The notes under the pieces are model-generated. The model did no database searches and was not told the origin of the DNA. It worked only from the letters and a program-made list of their open reading frames with translations. From contig NW_008806284.1 in the NCBI RefSeq assembly GCF_000400465.1, positions 20,001 to 268,000 of the forward strand: DNA of 248,000 nucleotides, in the 5' to 3' direction. This document shows positions 179,795 to 192,182 of the stretch, piece by piece. Each line of letters opens with the position of its first letter. Position 1 is the stretch's first letter. The position numbers and the translations under genes are program-made. This DNA is from Wallemia ichthyophaga EXF-994 (lineage: Eukaryota > Fungi > Basidiomycota).

Positions 179795-181641
179795 TTGTTT
179801 ATCTGGCGACGTCTACAAAGAACTTGTCAAAGATCCTTAATCACAATTAATTCTTCTACTTCACGCGTCCATCACCTAAACGCTCCTAGCGAGCTAAGCC
179901 GATCAAGTAGCAGCACAATAGATGTGAATTTAGACACTCGAGAGACATACAACGACAATTCAAACTATAAATCAGACACGGATAAGGACAGTCAGCATGT
180001 TCAGCACATATTCATAGAGATTGACGACAAGGATGATCCGATGCGATGGCCCAAGTATAAAAAGATGAGGATAGCGATAGCAGCTATTGGTTTCTCAGTT
180101 TTCGTGTCTGCCAGCACGGCTACCTTTGCACAGGGATTGTACCAGCTCGTGACCGATCTGGATACCACCACCGAGCTCGCGAATGTAGCTCAGGGAATCT
180201 TCGTCGTTGCTTTTGCTTTCCCGCCCATGCTTCTGGCAGGGCTTTCGGAGGAATATGGAAGGAGTAAGATGTGAGTGGTTGAGTGATTCGCAACACAAGT
180301 CTAACAAGACTTAGATTCCTCGTCTCTTACGCTCTCTACACACTTTTGCACCTCCCGATAGCCCTATCGACGAATATTACAGGCGTTATCCTCGGTCGTC
180401 TCTTCCAAGGCTTGGCAGCGAGTACAGGATCGACGCTGACGGCTGGTACGATAGCTGATATTTATACGGGCTATCATCGAGCACTGTGGATGTCAATTTT
180501 TGCAGCCTCTTCTCCTCTAGCCACCGGGGTTGCACCAGTTGTTTACTCATACGTACCCTCCAACTACGCGCTGCACTTCAAAGGTAGCAGTGGTGTTGGC
180601 GGATGGCGCTGGATACAAATTATCCAGATGATAGTGGCATTTGTGTGGGGTATTGTTCTGTGTTTATGGTTTAGGGAAACGCGCGTAAACGTAATCATGA
180701 AGAAGAAGGCTAGAAGAATGCGCAAGGAGACTGGCGACCACTCTCTCCAAGCTGAAGCGGAGCAGTACCGGATGTCGAAGCATCAGATGTTTCGTAATAG
180801 CTTCTTACGACCGTTGAAATTCTTACTGACAGAGCCAATAGTGGCTGTAATGAGCATGTTTATCGGGTGAGTTATAATTAAAACCGACAAGCCTGCACGC
180901 TTGTTATGTTGATAGTTCTCTTACTCCGACTTAGGTTCGCCTGGGCTGTCTTTTTCTCTCTACAGGCTAGCATATCGCACGTCTTCTTGACTCTGTATAG
181001 CGACAACTATGCCATGACTCATGGCTCCGTTGGTTTCGTCTTTATCGCCATCATAGTGGGTACTGTTATTGGTTTTGTTTTCAACCTCTACTTCCAAGAA
181101 AAGTGGTTTTACGACAAGTTTCATCCGCGCTACTCTGTCGAAGCTAGGCTCGGCTCGAGTATGGTATCCGGTATTGTTTTCCCTATCGGCGCTTTCATAT
181201 ATGCGTTCACAACGTACAGTTTCGTGCACTGGATTGCGCCGTGCATCGCAATCACGGTAATTATGGCAGGTATCTTTCCAATCTACTACAGCTCAATGAA
181301 TTATCTCTCTGAATGTTACGGAACGACGGCATCCTCAGCACTAGCGTCTATAGCGATGGTGCGAAATCTGACAGGTGAGGCGTTTGTGGATGATTGCGAG
181401 GTTTTTATTTCTAACTGCTCTCTCTCTCCTAGGCGGGTGCATTCAATTCGTTATTCTCCAATGGCTCGACGGACTCGGGGATAGATTTCAGTATGCGCTG
181501 CTTATGATAGCAGTGATGGCTACAGCGTTAGCAGTGATACCGATTGCACTCTTTCTATTCGGGTCTCGTATACGCCAGCGATCGACGTACGCGCAGGCTA
181601 TATCTGCCAACGAAAGCGCAACAGTTGCTGAAAAAGATTAG
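179795..181641 (+). CDS. MFS DHA1 transporter (cluster copy 3)
   Basis: DDPMRWP, SEEYGR, GGWRWIQIIQ, ETR, VEARL. Confidence 0.88.
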
Positions 181642-181802
181642 CTTGATAGACGCGAGTCTGTCAATCAGGCGTAGTGTCGATTGTGATTATAGATAATTAG
181701 CAGGAATGTCTTGGGAAAAGAAAATTGTCTTCATCTATAAAGGATTGATTGATATTCTAATATTTCATCTATAAAAGTCTGATATCTAAAATTGCACGCC
181801 AT

Positions 181803-183500
181803 TTACACGCCACTCGAGAGTTCGGCATACTGTCTGCTGCTCATCTCGCTTAAACGCGAGACAGCTCTAGCGAAAGCGAAGACCTCTTCCTGGCCGGTGA
181901 ACATAGACGACGCCCCAACAGTGTCAGCGTTGAGGCCCTGAGTGTGTGTGAGGGGGGTTACGAGAGGGAGTCGAAGCAGCACCATCGTGCCAGTGTGCCA
182001 AGAATCCACTCACCAGATCATCCATCGCAGAACGCATCACGTCGGTGATTTCACCTGCGTTGCTTGACTCATCTGCGAAAATAGCCTCAATCGGCACCTG
182101 CGAAAGGAGGAGGAGGCGAGCTTTCGATTCGTAAGCTGCGTCAATGAAGGTGATGAAACGGCGGGCCTAGAGGTAGAGTGGAGAGGGAGTAGATGTTAGC
182201 GTAAGCGTCAGCACTACTTATACTACCAAAAGCACACCCACCTGATCCTTCACATTGAGGGAGAGCTGCGGGATATCGTCTACAAAGATAGTGTTGAACG
182301 TGGCCACTATCTCGAGATAGTCCGCAGCACTGAGAGGCATTCCGCAGAGCTGAGAAAAGGAGAACCGCGCAACGTTGCCGTCGGAGCTGCTAAGTGGGAT
182401 GCGCAGTGGACGGCCCCACACGTGCAGCTCTCTATTATGGATCACATCAGGAGTAGCATCCGCAGTGGCCTCCCACATCTTTTCAAATTCCGTTCTGTTC
182501 GCTGAATCGATAGGAGAGAAATAAACCTTAGTACTGGCGCGTGGTAATTTGCGGTAATCAGTGCCCGAGTTTAGAGAAACAACATCAAATGCCGTCTTGA
182601 GAAGGGAGATGCAAGGAAGGAAAGAGTCGCGCTGAATGCCATTTGCGTACAGCTCATCGGGATGTCTGTTACTAGTCATAACCGCCACAACACCGCGATC
182701 GATCAGACCATCGAACAACCTGCGCAGGATCATCGCATCGACTATATCGACCACTTGGAATTCATCGAAGGAGAGCACGGTGCATTCTTGGGCTAGCAAC
182801 TCTATCACGTCAGCTAAAGGATCAGAAGAGCCTGCCACGCGCGCTACGTGTATCCGCTTGTGCACGCTCTGCATAAACGCGTGAAAATGCCACCTCTGCG
182901 CGCGGTCGCGGAGGTGGGACGGGACTGTGTTGTGGAAGAGGTCCATGAGCATTGATCTGTGTGAGTGTGAGAGTGAGTTTGTGCTATATAAACAACCTCA
183001 ACTCACTTCCCCGTGCCTACGTCGCCGTAGAGATACAGACCATGTGGGATACGGGAGCGTTTATCTTCGATGGCCTGTGCGCGTTCGGAATCAAGTAGCG
183101 CCTGCGATTTACCTCCAATGACCCGTTTCCACCACGGCAGCGGCGCGGTAGATGCACTAATGCGGCTGTCTAGTGCAAATAGTGCGCTGGGATTATACGT
183201 CGTCAGCTCGCAATGGAGATCATTGAGTCGGGCTATAACCCGGGATTGGTGACTATCAGCATTGAGAACACCCGTTTTAACGAGGTCTTTGTATTTCTCT
183301 ATTGGCGTGTTCGTGGATGAAGCTGTGTGCGGTGTGTTGCCCCCTCTGCTTCCCTCTTCGCCCGCATATCCATCCTCTGTCTCCTCAGCGCTGAGCGTGG
183401 TGTGCGTGCTGTAAACTCTACCACTAATTCTGCCCATTTTATTAAAACTCGTGTGCCTTATCCCACTGCGAACACTCCTCGGTATTCCTCGAATCACCTG
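181803..183500 (-). CDS. AFG1: AFG1/LACE1-family ATPase
   Basis: GLYLYGDVGTGK, HFHAFM, FDEFQVVDI.DAMIL, SNRHPD.LY. Confidence 0.92.
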
Positions 183501-183692
183501 CGCCAATCGCGACGTCATCATGGAAGCAAAGAGGGGACTGAAGCGAGAAGACAAAAACAAAAAAGTCGAGTAACAAATAAAACAACGCAAAAGGATCGGA
183601 AGAATGCAATGTGTATTATTATTTCGTTAAGTGACAGATACATCTAAATAAAACATGAAATGGTGTGTAGGGGATAAATACAGCTAACTAAT

Positions 183693-185678
183693 TTAGTCAA
183701 CCTCCTCAACAGATGGGCCATCACCGCCACCTTGGCCTTCAGCACCTGGGGCAGGTGCACCACCTGGCATACCGCCTGGAGCACCGCCTTGACCGTAGAG
183801 CTTCTGCATGATTGGTGAGGCAACACCCTCAAGTTCCTTCTGGCGACTCTCAAACTCATCCTTGCTAGCAGCTTCAGAGTTGTCGAGGAATGAGATTGTC
183901 TCGTTGACAGCCTCATCCAACTTCTTCTTGTCATCTTCACCGAACTTGTCCTTGAGGTTGTCGTCATTCATTGCGTTACGCAAGTTGTAGGCGTATGACT
184001 CAAGTCCGTTACGTGCGTGGATTCTTGAGGCTGCTTCTTCATCCTCAGCCTTGAACTTCTCAGCATCACTAACCATTCTCTCAATGTCCTCCTTAGTAAG
184101 ACGACCCTTGTCGTTAGTGATGGTGATCTTGTTGCTCTTACCGGTAGTCTTGTCAGCAGCGTTAACGTTCAAAATACCGTTAGCGTCAATGTCGAAGGTA
184201 ACCTCGATTTGTGGTACACCACGTGGTGCTGGTGGAATACCAGAAAGTTCGAATTTACCGAGCAAGTTGTTGTCCTTGGTACGAGCACGTTCACCCTCGA
184301 ATACTTGGATAAGGACACCTGGTTGGTTGTCGGCGTAAGTAGAGAAGACCTCAGACTTCTTGGTTGGAACAGTAGTGTTACGCTTGATGAGTGCAGTCAT
184401 CACACCACCTGCAGTTTCAATACCGGTTGAGAGTGGAGCAACATCGAGAAGGAGCAAGTCTTGAGTCTTCTCTGAAACATCACCGCTGAGGATCGAAGCT
184501 TGGACAGCAGCACCGAAAGCAACAGCCTCATCAGGGTTGATGGAGCGGTTAGCCTCCTTACCGTTGAAGAAGTCAGCAACGAGCTTTTGGATCTTTGGAA
184601 TACGAGTAGAACCACCAACAAGGACAATGTCGTGGACAGAGGACTTGTCAGCCTTGGCATCACGGAGAACGCTCTCGACAGGCTCCATGGTGTTACGGAA
184701 AAGATCTTGACAGAGTTCCTCGAAACGAGCACGGGTGATTGACGAGTAGAGGTCCATACCCTCGAACAAAGAGTCGATTTCAATGGTAGTTTGAGCAGCA
184801 GATGAAAGGGTACGCTTGGCACGCTCACATGAAGTGCGGAGACGACGCATAGCACGAGCGTTGTCGGAGATGTCCTTCTTGTTCTTACGCTTGAATTCTT
184901 GAACAAAGTGGTTGACGAGACGGTTGTCAAAGTCCTCACCACCAAGGTGAGTGTCACCAGCAGTGGACTTGACTTCGAAGATACCCTCCTCGATGGTGAG
185001 GAGTGAGACATCGAAGGTACCACCACCCAAATCGAAGATAAGGACGTTGCGCTCACCCTCAGTCTTCTTGTCGAGACCGTAAGCAATAGCAGCAGCGGTT
185101 GGCTCGTTGATGATACGCATGACGTTGAGACCAGCGATCAAACCGGCGTCCTTGGTAGCTTGACGTTGTGAGTCGTTGAAGTAGGCTGGAACGGTAACAA
185201 CGGCGTCCTTGACGGTGGTACCGAGGTAAGCCTCAGCAATGTCCTTCATCTTGACGAGAACCATTGCGCTGACTTCCTCAGGAGTGAATTGCTTCTTCTC
185301 GCCCTTGTACTCGACCTCGATCTTTGGCTTGTCGGCTGAGTCTTGGATGAGCTTGAATGGCCAGTGCTTGTTGTCAGCCTGGACATCGTCATCAGAGAAC
185401 TTGCGACCAATCAAACGCTTAGCGTCGAAGACCGTGTTGTAAGGGTTCATAGCCGTTTGGTTCTTTGCGGCGTCACCAATCAGACGCTCAGTGTCTGTGA
185501 AAGCGACGTATGAAGGGGTAGTGCGGTTACCTTGGTCGTTGGCGATAATTTCGACTCTGTCGTTTTGCCAGACAGCGACACAGGAGTATGTTGTACCCAA
185601 ATCGATACCTGGGATATTTGTTAGTTTAGCTGCTATGAAATTCCTATAACCCTCACCAATTGCTTTGCTAGATGTCAT
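183693..185678 (-). CDS. SSA1: Cytosolic Hsp70
   Basis: GIDLGTTYS...EEVD. Confidence 0.98.
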   Translation of the reverse strand: MTSSKAIGEGYRNFIAAKLTNIPGIDLGTTYSCVAVWQNDRVEIIANDQGNRTTPSYVAFTDTERLIGDAAKNQTAMNPYNTVFDAKRLIGRKFSDDDVQADNKHWPFKLIQDSADKPKIEVEYKGEKKQFTPEEVSAMVLVKMKDIAEAYLGTTVKDAVVTVPAYFNDSQRQATKDAGLIAGLNVMRIINEPTAAAIAYGLDKKTEGERNVLIFDLGGGTFDVSLLTIEEGIFEVKSTAGDTHLGGEDFDNRLVNHFVQEFKRKNKKDISDNARAMRRLRTSCERAKRTLSSAAQTTIEIDSLFEGMDLYSSITRARFEELCQDLFRNTMEPVESVLRDAKADKSSVHDIVLVGGSTRIPKIQKLVADFFNGKEANRSINPDEAVAFGAAVQASILSGDVSEKTQDLLLLDVAPLSTGIETAGGVMTALIKRNTTVPTKKSEVFSTYADNQPGVLIQVFEGERARTKDNNLLGKFELSGIPPAPRGVPQIEVTFDIDANGILNVNAADKTTGKSNKITITNDKGRLTKEDIERMVSDAEKFKAEDEEAASRIHARNGLESYAYNLRNAMNDDNLKDKFGEDDKKKLDEAVNETISFLDNSEAASKDEFESRQKELEGVASPIMQKLYGQGGAPGGMPGGAPAPGAEGQGGGDGPSVEEVD

Positions 185679-185979
185679 TATTTTATTTTGTGATGGTTAT
185701 GTGAGAAGCCCCTTCGCTGGCTTATATTTGGTGAAATTTTGTCAAATTCCCGAAGTTAAGAGAAGATGAGAGAATGTTCCCGAAATGTCGTGGGTGAGGG
185801 TGAGAGGGGTATCATTGAGATCGCGCGGATTCGGTGATTCTGTTGGTGCTTTACATGTGTACAATTGGTTTATTGTGGGTGCGCCTATTGACGTCATCTG
185901 CGGACTGCGTCGTCTTCTTGATTGAAAATACGAATATATTCATCAATTGTATTACAAGATATAAATCATTCATTCTCTC

Positions 185980-187164
185980 CTAGTAAAAGTGCTCTGCTTG
186001 AGGTATTGGGTTGCGAATAGCATCTGGAGTAAGTCTACTAATATCTGCCGACAATTTACACTCTGTGATAATATCAGCGAGTACTTTGCCTGTAGCAGGG
186101 CCTAATAAAATACCCCACACGCTATGTCCAGCGCCGACGTGAATGCCCGGTGAGATGGTCCCTATAAGTGGATTGCTTGAGCTACCAGTAGGTATTGGCA
186201 TATAGCAGGCTTGTTCGGCGACTACCTCAGTCAGGCTACCTTGGTATGTAGAGAAGTGTTGTGGGGAGATAAGTGCGGCTTCCTTCTTGAGCTGGGCGAT
186301 GCTGGCTGCATCTACCTCAACCTCCGCCGCCGTATTCGGTAGCCTGGCGTCATCTGCACTGCCACATACAAACGCCGTACCATCTGGCCTAGCAAACAGC
186401 TCTGGCTCTGATGGCTGATGGCCGCGGACTAGTAGATTGACAAATAAACAGTGGGCTGACATATGCAGCTGGCTCGGTGGCTGGAGGATAATGGAGTGAA
186501 TGCGTTGGCCATCGACGCGTGCAATGTTTGATTCTTCACGTGTGAGTGTGTCAGCTGCTAATTTGCCTGTCCATGGACCAGTGGCGAATACGACATGGTC
186601 ACACTCAATCTGCCACTCATTTTCACCATCTGAGACAGTTGCTGATCTTGGTCTATTCTCCTTGTCTTGGTTTCTTTCAATCGATATCAAGTGGGCTTTG
186701 ACGAAGGTGGCTTTTGATTGTGCTAATAACATTTCCACTAACGGACGCGGATTCACCTGTGCACACATATTCGGTGATCCTAGCAAATTGCACTCGGAGA
186801 CAATCACATTCGGATCAACCCAATTTGTACCAAACTTCTTGTGTTCATATTGAGGGCATTTTCGATGACCAATTTCTGCAGATAAGTTGAGTGCTGTTAC
186901 TCTGCGATAACCCCAGTTGCGTGGACCGTCCAACTTGTCAGCGAGATCTTGGTGTATACGCCAGCTCAATTGAGATAATGAATTTGAATCAGGGCCATTC
187001 CAATCGGCAGCAATGAAACCACCTGCTTTTCCTGAGGCACCGGGTGCAATGCCTGAGGAATCGATGATAGTGATGTGAGCTGGATCCTGAGACTGTGATA
187101 GGAAGTAGGCAGTTGAAGTACCAACAATACCACAACCAACGATTAAAACGTTTTTATTTGACAT
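185980..187164 (-). CDS. FAD-dependent oxidoreductase (DAO family, Tda3-like)
   Basis: IVGCGIVG, ASGKAGG, GHSVWGI..GPATG. Confidence 0.88.
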   Translation of the reverse strand: MSNKNVLIVGCGIVGTSTAYFLSQSQDPAHITIIDSSGIAPGASGKAGGFIAADWNGPDSNSLSQLSWRIHQDLADKLDGPRNWGYRRVTALNLSAEIGHRKCPQYEHKKFGTNWVDPNVIVSECNLLGSPNMCAQVNPRPLVEMLLAQSKATFVKAHLISIERNQDKENRPRSATVSDGENEWQIECDHVVFATGPWTGKLAADTLTREESNIARVDGQRIHSIILQPPSQLHMSAHCLFVNLLVRGHQPSEPELFARPDGTAFVCGSADDARLPNTAAEVEVDAASIAQLKKEAALISPQHFSTYQGSLTEVVAEQACYMPIPTGSSSNPLIGTISPGIHVGAGHSVWGILLGPATGKVLADIITECKLSADISRLTPDAIRNPIPQAEHFY

Positions 187165-187184
187165 TTATACAGTGGATGTTTAAA

Positions 187185-187522
187185 ATGAAAATTAATTTAT
187201 TTTGTACCTTGTAGTACACATACTTATGGGAGTAGTACATGATGAATTGGCTGTGGTTAAGAGGATCAGATATAAGAATATAAATGCTTTAAGAGGTCAA
187301 ATTTGGTTTAATTGGCTCGATTTATTCATCAATTCAGTCAGTAGGCTGCTCAAAGAAAAGACAGCAGCCAACCAATCAAAAGCCACGCACGCAGCGCTTA
187401 AACTCACGGAATTCCTAGATTACCAGCTAAAGCTAACGCATTTCATTCCAATTACACTCACGTTACTTGGTTGTGTGGCTAGAATATGGGATTGGATGGG
187501 ATCCGTTTCCATATCTCATTAG
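187185..187522 (+). CDS. RNase MRP subunit Rmp1-like
   Basis: EL..KRIRYKN.N..RGQIWF...F.PI.LTLLGCVARI pattern. Confidence 0.45.
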
Positions 187523-187603
187523 CATTCCATTCCAAGGGTTTCGTATAAAATTCATAACATGGCTCTCTTTCTCTTTCTTAGAACACTGTAAACAATCAGT
187601 AGA

Positions 187604-188125
187604 ATGTCCCTCCTCATCACTCTCACCAGATTCTTCAAAGTCGTAATCATCGCCTTCTCCATCGCGATTATCGTGTTGGGTGCTGTATATACCAGAGACG
187701 TAAGCGACTGGTTTAGCCATGCCCGCTATGCATCAGCCGTCGCCGCTCTCCTCGCCGCATCAGCCTTAAACCTCCTCACAACCCTCATCCCGCTCACATA
187801 CGGTGGTTTATCCGTCGGCCTCAACGTTCTCCTCTACCTCTTCAACTTCCTCTTCACATTCGCAACTGCAATCGCTGTTGCTGCCCTGAGAGAAGGCAGA
187901 GGCGGTATGGCTTACTGCCGCGACTTGCAACCAAACAGGATGTTCTCGCACTGTTTCGACCAGTATCTCGCTCTCATCGTATTAGGCTTCCTCCTCGCCT
188001 TCTTCGACCTCTTCCTCGTCATCATTTACCCCATCGCGGTGATGCTCCACAACAAACGCGTCAACCAGTCAAATGGGTTTAGAACGAGGACTGACAGTCT
188101 CTTACCAAAGCAGCAGGAAAATTGA
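187604..188125 (+). CDS. MARVEL-like four-TM protein
   Basis: Four hydrophobic helices with a Cys pair in the second loop. Confidence 0.6.
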   Translation: MSLLITLTRFFKVVIIAFSIAIIVLGAVYTRDVSDWFSHARYASAVAALLAASALNLLTTLIPLTYGGLSVGLNVLLYLFNFLFTFATAIAVAALREGRGGMAYCRDLQPNRMFSHCFDQYLALIVLGFLLAFFDLFLVIIYPIAVMLHNKRVNQSNGFRTRTDSLLPKQQEN

Positions 188126-188271
188126 AGATGTTTTCTCTTAACTTTGTTCTCCTCTCTTCACTCATGTACCGTGCATCCACATTAATTTTTAATACCTAAT
188201 CTTAATATCACATCGGATTATATTGTCCGTTTACCTTGATTTCTTTATCTGGCTGCTTTGCCTTAACTTAA

Positions 188272-188620
188272 ATGGCTGAAGATGGTTTTGTCTGTGTTTT
188301 CTTAATCCTTGTTTTCTCTTCTCATTCACAATTTACAGGGCTGCGCTGGCCTCATATCCATCTGCTGCGTGTCCATTATCGAACCCATCTGCAACACGCA
188401 CAGATGCGGTATGTGCAACGCGTGCTCCTGCAACTGCTGCAAATGCTGCCAAAATAAATTTGATCAAGATAATTGGAATGCACACAAGAGTCCATTTGAC
188501 AGGGATGACGGTGACACAGCGACCACCCAGCAACCCACACAGCAGCCCAATATGAACGTCGGTGGCGATGCTGTTACTCTAAGCAACAACCCACCTCCAC
188601 CTCCATACTCAACTCAATGA
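188272..188620 (+). CDS. Small Cys-rich protein
   Basis: Cys cluster CC...C..RCGMCNACSCNCCKCC; PPPPYS tail; one intron. Confidence 0.5.
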
Positions 188621-188676
188621 AAATTAACCTGGGTATCTTCTTTTGTATCTTCCCTACAATTCAATTCACTTTCCGT

Positions 188677-190638
188677 TTAAAACCCTCCAGCTAACTTTGT
188701 TGCCGCTTCTCTCGCATTTATACGCTTCTTATCCGCCTTGTGTCTTGATATACTTGCCGTCGACTGTGACATGCTTTCTCTGCTTGCTGAGGTCGGTGTC
188801 GGTGTGGCCTGGGCTGGAAGTACTGATGACTGTGATAGCGTCGTGCGTGATGTATCTACTCTACCCGTCAATGCACTAGCCGAGGCACCCAGTGGATCAC
188901 TTGAGTTTGTTTGCTTGATTTGCTTATTCTGATTTTGCTCCTCATCTTGCTCCTGCTCCTGTGTCTTTTCTTGTTTCTTCTCCTGCTTCTTCTCTTGCTC
189001 ATACTCCCGCTGCTGCTCCTTCTCTTTCTCTTCCACGCCCCCCTCCACACTCCCACTCCCACCCACGTCCATCCCTTCAACCACCCTCTGGACGGCCTGC
189101 AACTCACCAATTTTAAGACGGGAGTGCTCAACACCCAAAGCGGCGTGTTCACTGAGTAGATGAACGAGATCTTCCTCTGTCTGTTTATCATGAACAGCGA
189201 GAGCCTGATGAAGATGCAGCCCTACGAGCTGAACCTGCTGAGCGAGGTTATCCTCGACAGTCTGCGCCTCTCTCAATTCACCTAGGGACGAATCCGCCCT
189301 CTGTACGTTAATCGCCCTACCACCCTTCATGCGTTCTACTGCGCGTCTCTTCGAGATAGAGCGCTGCACTGCGCGCTGATAGTCATCCTGTAGTTCGTTA
189401 CGCTGCACGAGTGTGTATCTTACTGCTCTCGCATCGCGCGCGCAATAAATTAGCCCGTCATATAGTGTCACCAGCTCTCCCGCACAATGCCGCAGTCCTA
189501 CCTCGCCCATACGCCCAGCACACCGCGAAAGCTTCTCCAAGGAATGCGCCAGACTCGGCATGTGTACTCGCTCCGCACCAGATAGGGTCAATAGTCGCTC
189601 ACTTACACTCGTCTCAGCTGTCGCACTGTCACGTTGACGACGTATCACCATCTCGAGTGTACCGACGACGCGTTGGAGTGCCTTCTCTTGATCTTTAGCT
189701 ACCGCTTGCGCTTGTATTAGGTATGCGTTGGTGTCTTCGTTCTCGTCTGCCGTATTAGTTGCGTCAGACCCGTTAGAGGCGTTGGTTGGGTCGTCGCTAT
189801 ATGCTGCGTGAACCTTTTCTTCCTTCGTCACCGCTGCCCCTCCTCCTCCTCCGCCCCAAAGCCCCAGATTAGGGAGTTTGTTGGATAGCTTAAAGTTGAT
189901 ACCCCCGCCACGTGGTTTGAACAGCTGGACAGGAACGTAGGAGAATTTGTTCATGATAAATGCACGCATATCGCTGTCGTTGTGCAAAGCAACATCCCCA
190001 CTGACCCTATCAAACCAGCGCTGAAGTGCGAGACGCACACGACGGTCATCTTCCTCTTCGCTCTGTGCGTTGGAGGAGTTGGCGGGGAGTGCGGGAATGA
190101 TAGTGGAAGGGTGTGCCTGAGTGAGCTGCTCACTCAACCGCGTCACCTCATCGTATGTGCGCTGTACACCACGATAAACAGAGCTGTTGCGAGATGTTGC
190201 TGTCCCACCGCCTGTATCATAGTCGGGGATATTCGTACTCGCGTCAAATTCAACAAGATAGTCACGTCGATTCTTGGTAATACCAGTAACGCGAATTTTG
190301 AGGAAAGGGGGGGAATCAGCCGTGGTTGTATGGTTATTACTGCTTTTAATGCTGTTGCTACCAGCAGTGGTTATGACAGATGGCTGCGCAAGTGGGGCTG
190401 TTGGCTGGCCATATATCTTAGCAGTGGAGGGTATACTGAGAGTGGATGAGTTCCTGCTGCGTGGTGGTTGCTGTGTATGCTGTTGCTGTTGACGCTCCCT
190501 TTCCCTCTCTTCCAGCGCTGGCAAAGGCTTATCCGTGGAGAGAGATGTGTGCAGTGAGTGCGACGCCGGCGCATCTTCCCAGGCGTTTGAGCTGTCGTAG
190601 AGTGTTGGAGCTGATTGGCTGAGTGGATCACTGTTCAT
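188677..190638 (-). CDS. VPS17: PX-BAR sorting nexin (Vps17-like)
   Basis: FDASTN.P, VQRTYDE, IIPALP, LQRWFDRV. Confidence 0.75.
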   Translation of the reverse strand: MNSDPLSQSAPTLYDSSNAWEDAPASHSLHTSLSTDKPLPALEERERERQQQQHTQQPPRSRNSSTLSIPSTAKIYGQPTAPLAQPSVITTAGSNSIKSSNNHTTTADSPPFLKIRVTGITKNRRDYLVEFDASTNIPDYDTGGGTATSRNSSVYRGVQRTYDEVTRLSEQLTQAHPSTIIPALPANSSNAQSEEEDDRRVRLALQRWFDRVSGDVALHNDSDMRAFIMNKFSYVPVQLFKPRGGGINFKLSNKLPNLGLWGGGGGGAAVTKEEKVHAAYSDDPTNASNGSDATNTADENEDTNAYLIQAQAVAKDQEKALQRVVGTLEMVIRRQRDSATAETSVSERLLTLSGAERVHMPSLAHSLEKLSRCAGRMGEVGLRHCAGELVTLYDGLIYCARDARAVRYTLVQRNELQDDYQRAVQRSISKRRAVERMKGGRAINVQRADSSLGELREAQTVEDNLAQQVQLVGLHLHQALAVHDKQTEEDLVHLLSEHAALGVEHSRLKIGELQAVQRVVEGMDVGGSGSVEGGVEEKEKEQQREYEQEKKQEKKQEKTQEQEQDEEQNQNKQIKQTNSSDPLGASASALTGRVDTSRTTLSQSSVLPAQATPTPTSASRESMSQSTASISRHKADKKRINAREAATKLAGGF

Positions 190639-190706
190639 CGTCCAGGAACAAGAAGTAAAAGAAATAAAATAAAAAATATAATTATTCAGGTTATCTGATA
190701 ACCATC

Positions 190707-191393
190707 ATGTCGAGAAGCACACAAGTTACAATCACCGCCGCACCTTGGAAATCACTGCTAGAGAATACGCTAAATGAAAATAAAGAAAAGACTAAAAATA
190801 TATTCAACGTTGCTGTTGGTACAGTCCAAGGGAATAGACCTAGAGTGAGGATGATGGTACACAGGGCATTCCAAGGAAATCTACTCCTTACGACAACTGA
190901 TATACGTATGAACAAGATACATCAATTGGAAGATTCCTACGTTGATAACAAAGGCTCACCAATCGATTATGTCTTCTGGATTGAACCTGCTATCCGTCAA
191001 TTCAGATTCACCGGTAACGCTTTCCTTCTGCCTTCACCTTGTCATCGTAATCCAACTCCCTTATCAGATTACCTCATTAATTCTGGTATCGACTTTGAGC
191101 AGAAACGCATTGACATCTATAACTCCATGTCACGCTCTTTACGCGCTTCTTTCGCTAAACCTTTCTCGCCTGGAAGTCATAGATCTTGGGATGAAAATTC
191201 TCATCCGTCTCCCGATAAAGTTGAGTCAGATGACCAAGATGAGTGGTATCAAAAGGGCTTAGACAACTTTGCATTGCTCGTTGTAGACCCATTTCAAGTT
191301 GATTACTGCGATCTCCTCACTCAACCAAATCAACGTAAGGTATTCACACTCAACGAGCAAAACGCGTGGATTGAAGAGGATGTACACCCATAA
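190707..191393 (+). CDS. Pyridoxamine 5'-phosphate oxidase-related FMN-binding protein
   Basis: APWK, PRVRMMVHR, TTDIRMNK, QFRF.G, VDYCDL. Confidence 0.85.
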   Translation: MSRSTQVTITAAPWKSLLENTLNENKEKTKNIFNVAVGTVQGNRPRVRMMVHRAFQGNLLLTTTDIRMNKIHQLEDSYVDNKGSPIDYVFWIEPAIRQFRFTGNAFLLPSPCHRNPTPLSDYLINSGIDFEQKRIDIYNSMSRSLRASFAKPFSPGSHRSWDENSHPSPDKVESDDQDEWYQKGLDNFALLVVDPFQVDYCDLLTQPNQRKVFTLNEQNAWIEEDVHP

Positions 191394-191414
191394 TGTATAT
191401 AATCATATAAAATC

Positions 191415-192182
191415 TTAATCCAAACTTAAATTGATCGCTGGCATTTCATTCTGTCGCTTGTTAGACGTAGTAACGGGTGTATTACCACCAGATTCATCCT
191501 CCACCTCCATGAATTTTACTCTTTGTCTGTGTAGTAACGGCAGCTTAGGCGTGAGCGTTACCAACAAAGCCACAAAGTTGAATGCAAATAACCAGCTCTG
191601 AAATTTGGTATAGTGAGTTGAAATCAAGAACAATCCAATTGGCACACAGGTAAGCCACTTGCGAGCAGGCGTATACTGAGCACCGCCATCAATCTGTTCC
191701 CAGAATGTAAGCTCATCCCATGCGCCATTGTTGCTCTCAAAAGGAACTCCCTTGACGTGATGGAACATGAGGAACGTGACTGCCATATAACCGCAGTTAA
191801 CCAGTGTCCAGCTGATTTCCTGTGTCATTCCAGGTAAAGCGTCTATTAACAGCTTCCCAAGCGTCACGAGCACTACATGCATCAGCCACGCGCCTTTGAA
191901 ATTTACCCAGTCAGCGTTGTAGTTGTTCAGTGCTCCTTGATCTAGCGTCTCCTGTGCATCTGCTGGTACTTCCTGTAAACTAACAAGCGATGACGATCTC
192001 CCCCTCCTTCTCCTCTGCGGCGGTGGTTGTGATTGTGATTGTGCTTGCGTCTGGTGTGCGCTCCCACTGCCGCCACCACTCCCACTCCCACTCTCCTCTC
192101 CTGATATCACCAGACTCGGTATTGGCGGTGTTGTTCGCGCTGTCATTTCTCCTCGCTTTTGCTCTTCGCTGTTGTGAATCAA
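191415..192182 (-). CDS. ORM1: ORMDL/Orm1 sphingolipid regulator
   Basis: WVNFKGAW, FHHVKGVPF, LTFWEQID.G.QYTP. Confidence 0.93.
   Translation of the reverse strand: MIHNSEEQKRGEMTARTTPPIPSLVISGEESGSGSGGGSGSAHQTQAQSQSQPPPQRRRRGRSSSLVSLQEVPADAQETLDQGALNNYNADWVNFKGAWLMHVVLVTLGKLLIDALPGMTQEISWTLVNCGYMAVTFLMFHHVKGVPFESNNGAWDELTFWEQIDGGAQYTPARKWLTCVPIGLFLISTHYTKFQSWLFAFNFVALLVTLTPKLPLLHRQRVKFMEVEDESGGNTPVTTSNKRQNEMPAINLSLD

Noticed and set aside
183644-185442. Long alternative-frame and antisense ORFs over HSP70 (likewise over RPL2, TUF1, CDC48, CHC1, PMA1)
   Set aside because: Expected shadows of strongly codon-biased genes; no independent motifs.
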